DNA of 6,544 nucleotides from a virus (Duplodnaviria; Heunggongvirae; Uroviricota; Caudoviricetes): IMG/VR virus record IMGVR_UViG_2534682160_000009; one strand, 5' to 3'. Shown piece by piece: positions 6,018 to 6,544 of this stretch (position 1 is its first letter; each line of letters starts with the position of its first letter). The notes under the pieces were generated by a model. It saw only the letters and a program-made list of their open reading frames with translations, ran no database searches and was not told where the DNA came from. The position numbers and the translations under genes were made by a program.

Positions 6018-6051
6018 AGCGCCCCCGATTGCTGTTACCGGAGGCGCTTTT
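6018..6051 (+). terminator. second hairpin plus T-tract (possible terminator)
   Basis: AGCGCCCCCG (6018-6027) pairs with CGGAGGCGCT (6039-6048) with one mismatch and an 11-nt loop, followed by TTTT (6048-6051). The overlapping GGCGC-aaaaaaa-GCGCC (6007-6023) could serve as a weak minus-strand terminator. Confidence 0.4.
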
Positions 6052-6132
6052 ACACGACAAAGGAGTTTTTATCGCCAGGATGACGAGTCTTAATACTGCT
6101 TCAATGGCAAAAATGCGTCAATAACTTTGCCT

Positions 6133-6178
6133 TTCTGAGAATAATCAGAAAAATCATAATCTGATTTTCAGGTATAAA
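6133..6178 (+). promoter_or_regulatory. array of overlapping inverted repeats TCTGA/TCAGA next to a -10-like TATAAA
   Basis: TTCTGA (6133-6138) / TCAGAA (6145-6150) with a 6-bp spacer; AATCAGA (6143-6149) / TCTGATT (6160-6166) with a 10-bp spacer; CTGA (6161-6164) / TCAG (6168-6171). TATAAA at 6173-6178 lies about 65 nt upstream of the ATG at 6243. No convincing -35 found by eye. Confidence 0.35.
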
Positions 6179-6242
6179 ATGATTTATCTATTACTTTTAT
6201 CGATCAATAATGATGCCCGTTAATCAAAACGGAGGCGGATTT

Positions 6243-6437
6243 ATGCCAGAGAACAACACCAGAAAGCCGGATAAAAGTGCCACGGTACACATAGACGCCG
6301 GAACTATGGAGAAGATCGAACGCTATCAGCAGTTCATCAAAGATAATCACCCGGGTATGCCGGTACCCACGAAAGGACAAATCACACGCAGCGCGGTTGA
6401 ATACTGGTACCAGGCAACGTTAGGAGCCTGGCTATGA
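6243..6437 (+). CDS. hypothetical small protein (64 aa), possibly DNA-binding; coupled to the downstream gene
   Basis: ATG 6243 with a strong GGAGG (6231-6235) 7 nt upstream. The track's longer version starts at ATG 6210 without a Shine-Dalgarno. Its stop TGA (6435-6437) overlaps the next ATG (6434) as ATGA. Confidence 0.5.
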   Translation: MPENNTRKPDKSATVHIDAGTMEKIERYQQFIKDNHPGMPVPTKGQITRSAVEYWYQATLGAWL

Positions 6438-6544
6438 AAACATGGTTTTCCATTAAGGCTATGGCAGATGTTGTCTATGTGCGTATTTATGACGAGATCG
6501 GCGGGTACGGTGTAAAAGCATCGACACTTACTGACGAGATCAAC
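6434..6544 (+). CDS. 5' end of a probable ClpP-like (S14/S49-type) prohead maturation protease; truncated by window end
   Basis: Open frame from ATG 6434 to the window end (37 codons, no stop): MKTWFSIKAMADVVYVRIYDEIGGYGVKASTLTDEIN. The pattern W.F......a.v.v.IYdeIG..GV.a..l.deI matches my recollection of N-termini of ClpP-like phage head proteases. Only 37 aa are visible, so the assignment is tentative. Confidence 0.45.
   Translation, partial: MKTWFSIKAMADVVYVRIYDEIGGYGVKASTLTDEIN

Noticed and set aside
6210..6242. Upstream ATG 6210 as start of the last small gene
   Set aside because: No Shine-Dalgarno, whereas ATG 6243 has a near-perfect GGAGG at 7-nt spacing; the extra 11 residues are probably not translated.
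1..6544. Search for an embedded anti-phage defence system or mobile element (transposase, IS, toxin nuclease)
   Set aside because: No ORF of the size or signature of known defence or transposition enzymes was seen. The only non-core ORFs are small (64-99 aa) and are discussed as regulatory or effector candidates. The known satellite defence hotspot (next to psu/sid) would lie outside this window.

Overview
This 6.5-kb window reads as the integration, regulation and replication arm of an integrated P4-like phage satellite (phage-inducible chromosomal island type). GC content is roughly 50%, consistent with an enterobacterial host, but that is inferred and nothing was searched. Left to right on the + strand: a complete P4/CP4-57-type tyrosine integrase (1-1239); a 420-bp AT-rich intergenic region with phased and inverted repeats; an AlpA-family regulator (1658-1867); a convergent minus-strand ribbon-helix-helix-like gene (about 2009-2236) with its own intrinsic terminator; a regulatory region with two copies of a 12-bp perfect palindrome and a GC-rich structured leader carrying direct repeats plus a complementary segment (2191-2473), reminiscent of P4 CI-RNA immunity logic; a translationally coupled run of small proteins ending in a 584-aa P4-alpha/D5-type primase-helicase (3058-4812); an iteron-type origin (4825-5050); a small gene coupled to an SSB-family protein with a canonical ...IPF C-terminal tip (5101-5777); a strong intrinsic terminator and a 430-bp spacer; then a small gene coupled by an ATGA overlap to the first 37 codons of what looks like a ClpP-like prohead protease running off the window end. 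That last gene suggests a capsid module follows (capsid-forming satellite hypothesis). No rRNA, tRNA, CRISPR array, transposase or recognisable defence-system gene was seen. All family assignments are from reading the translations by eye, not from database searches.
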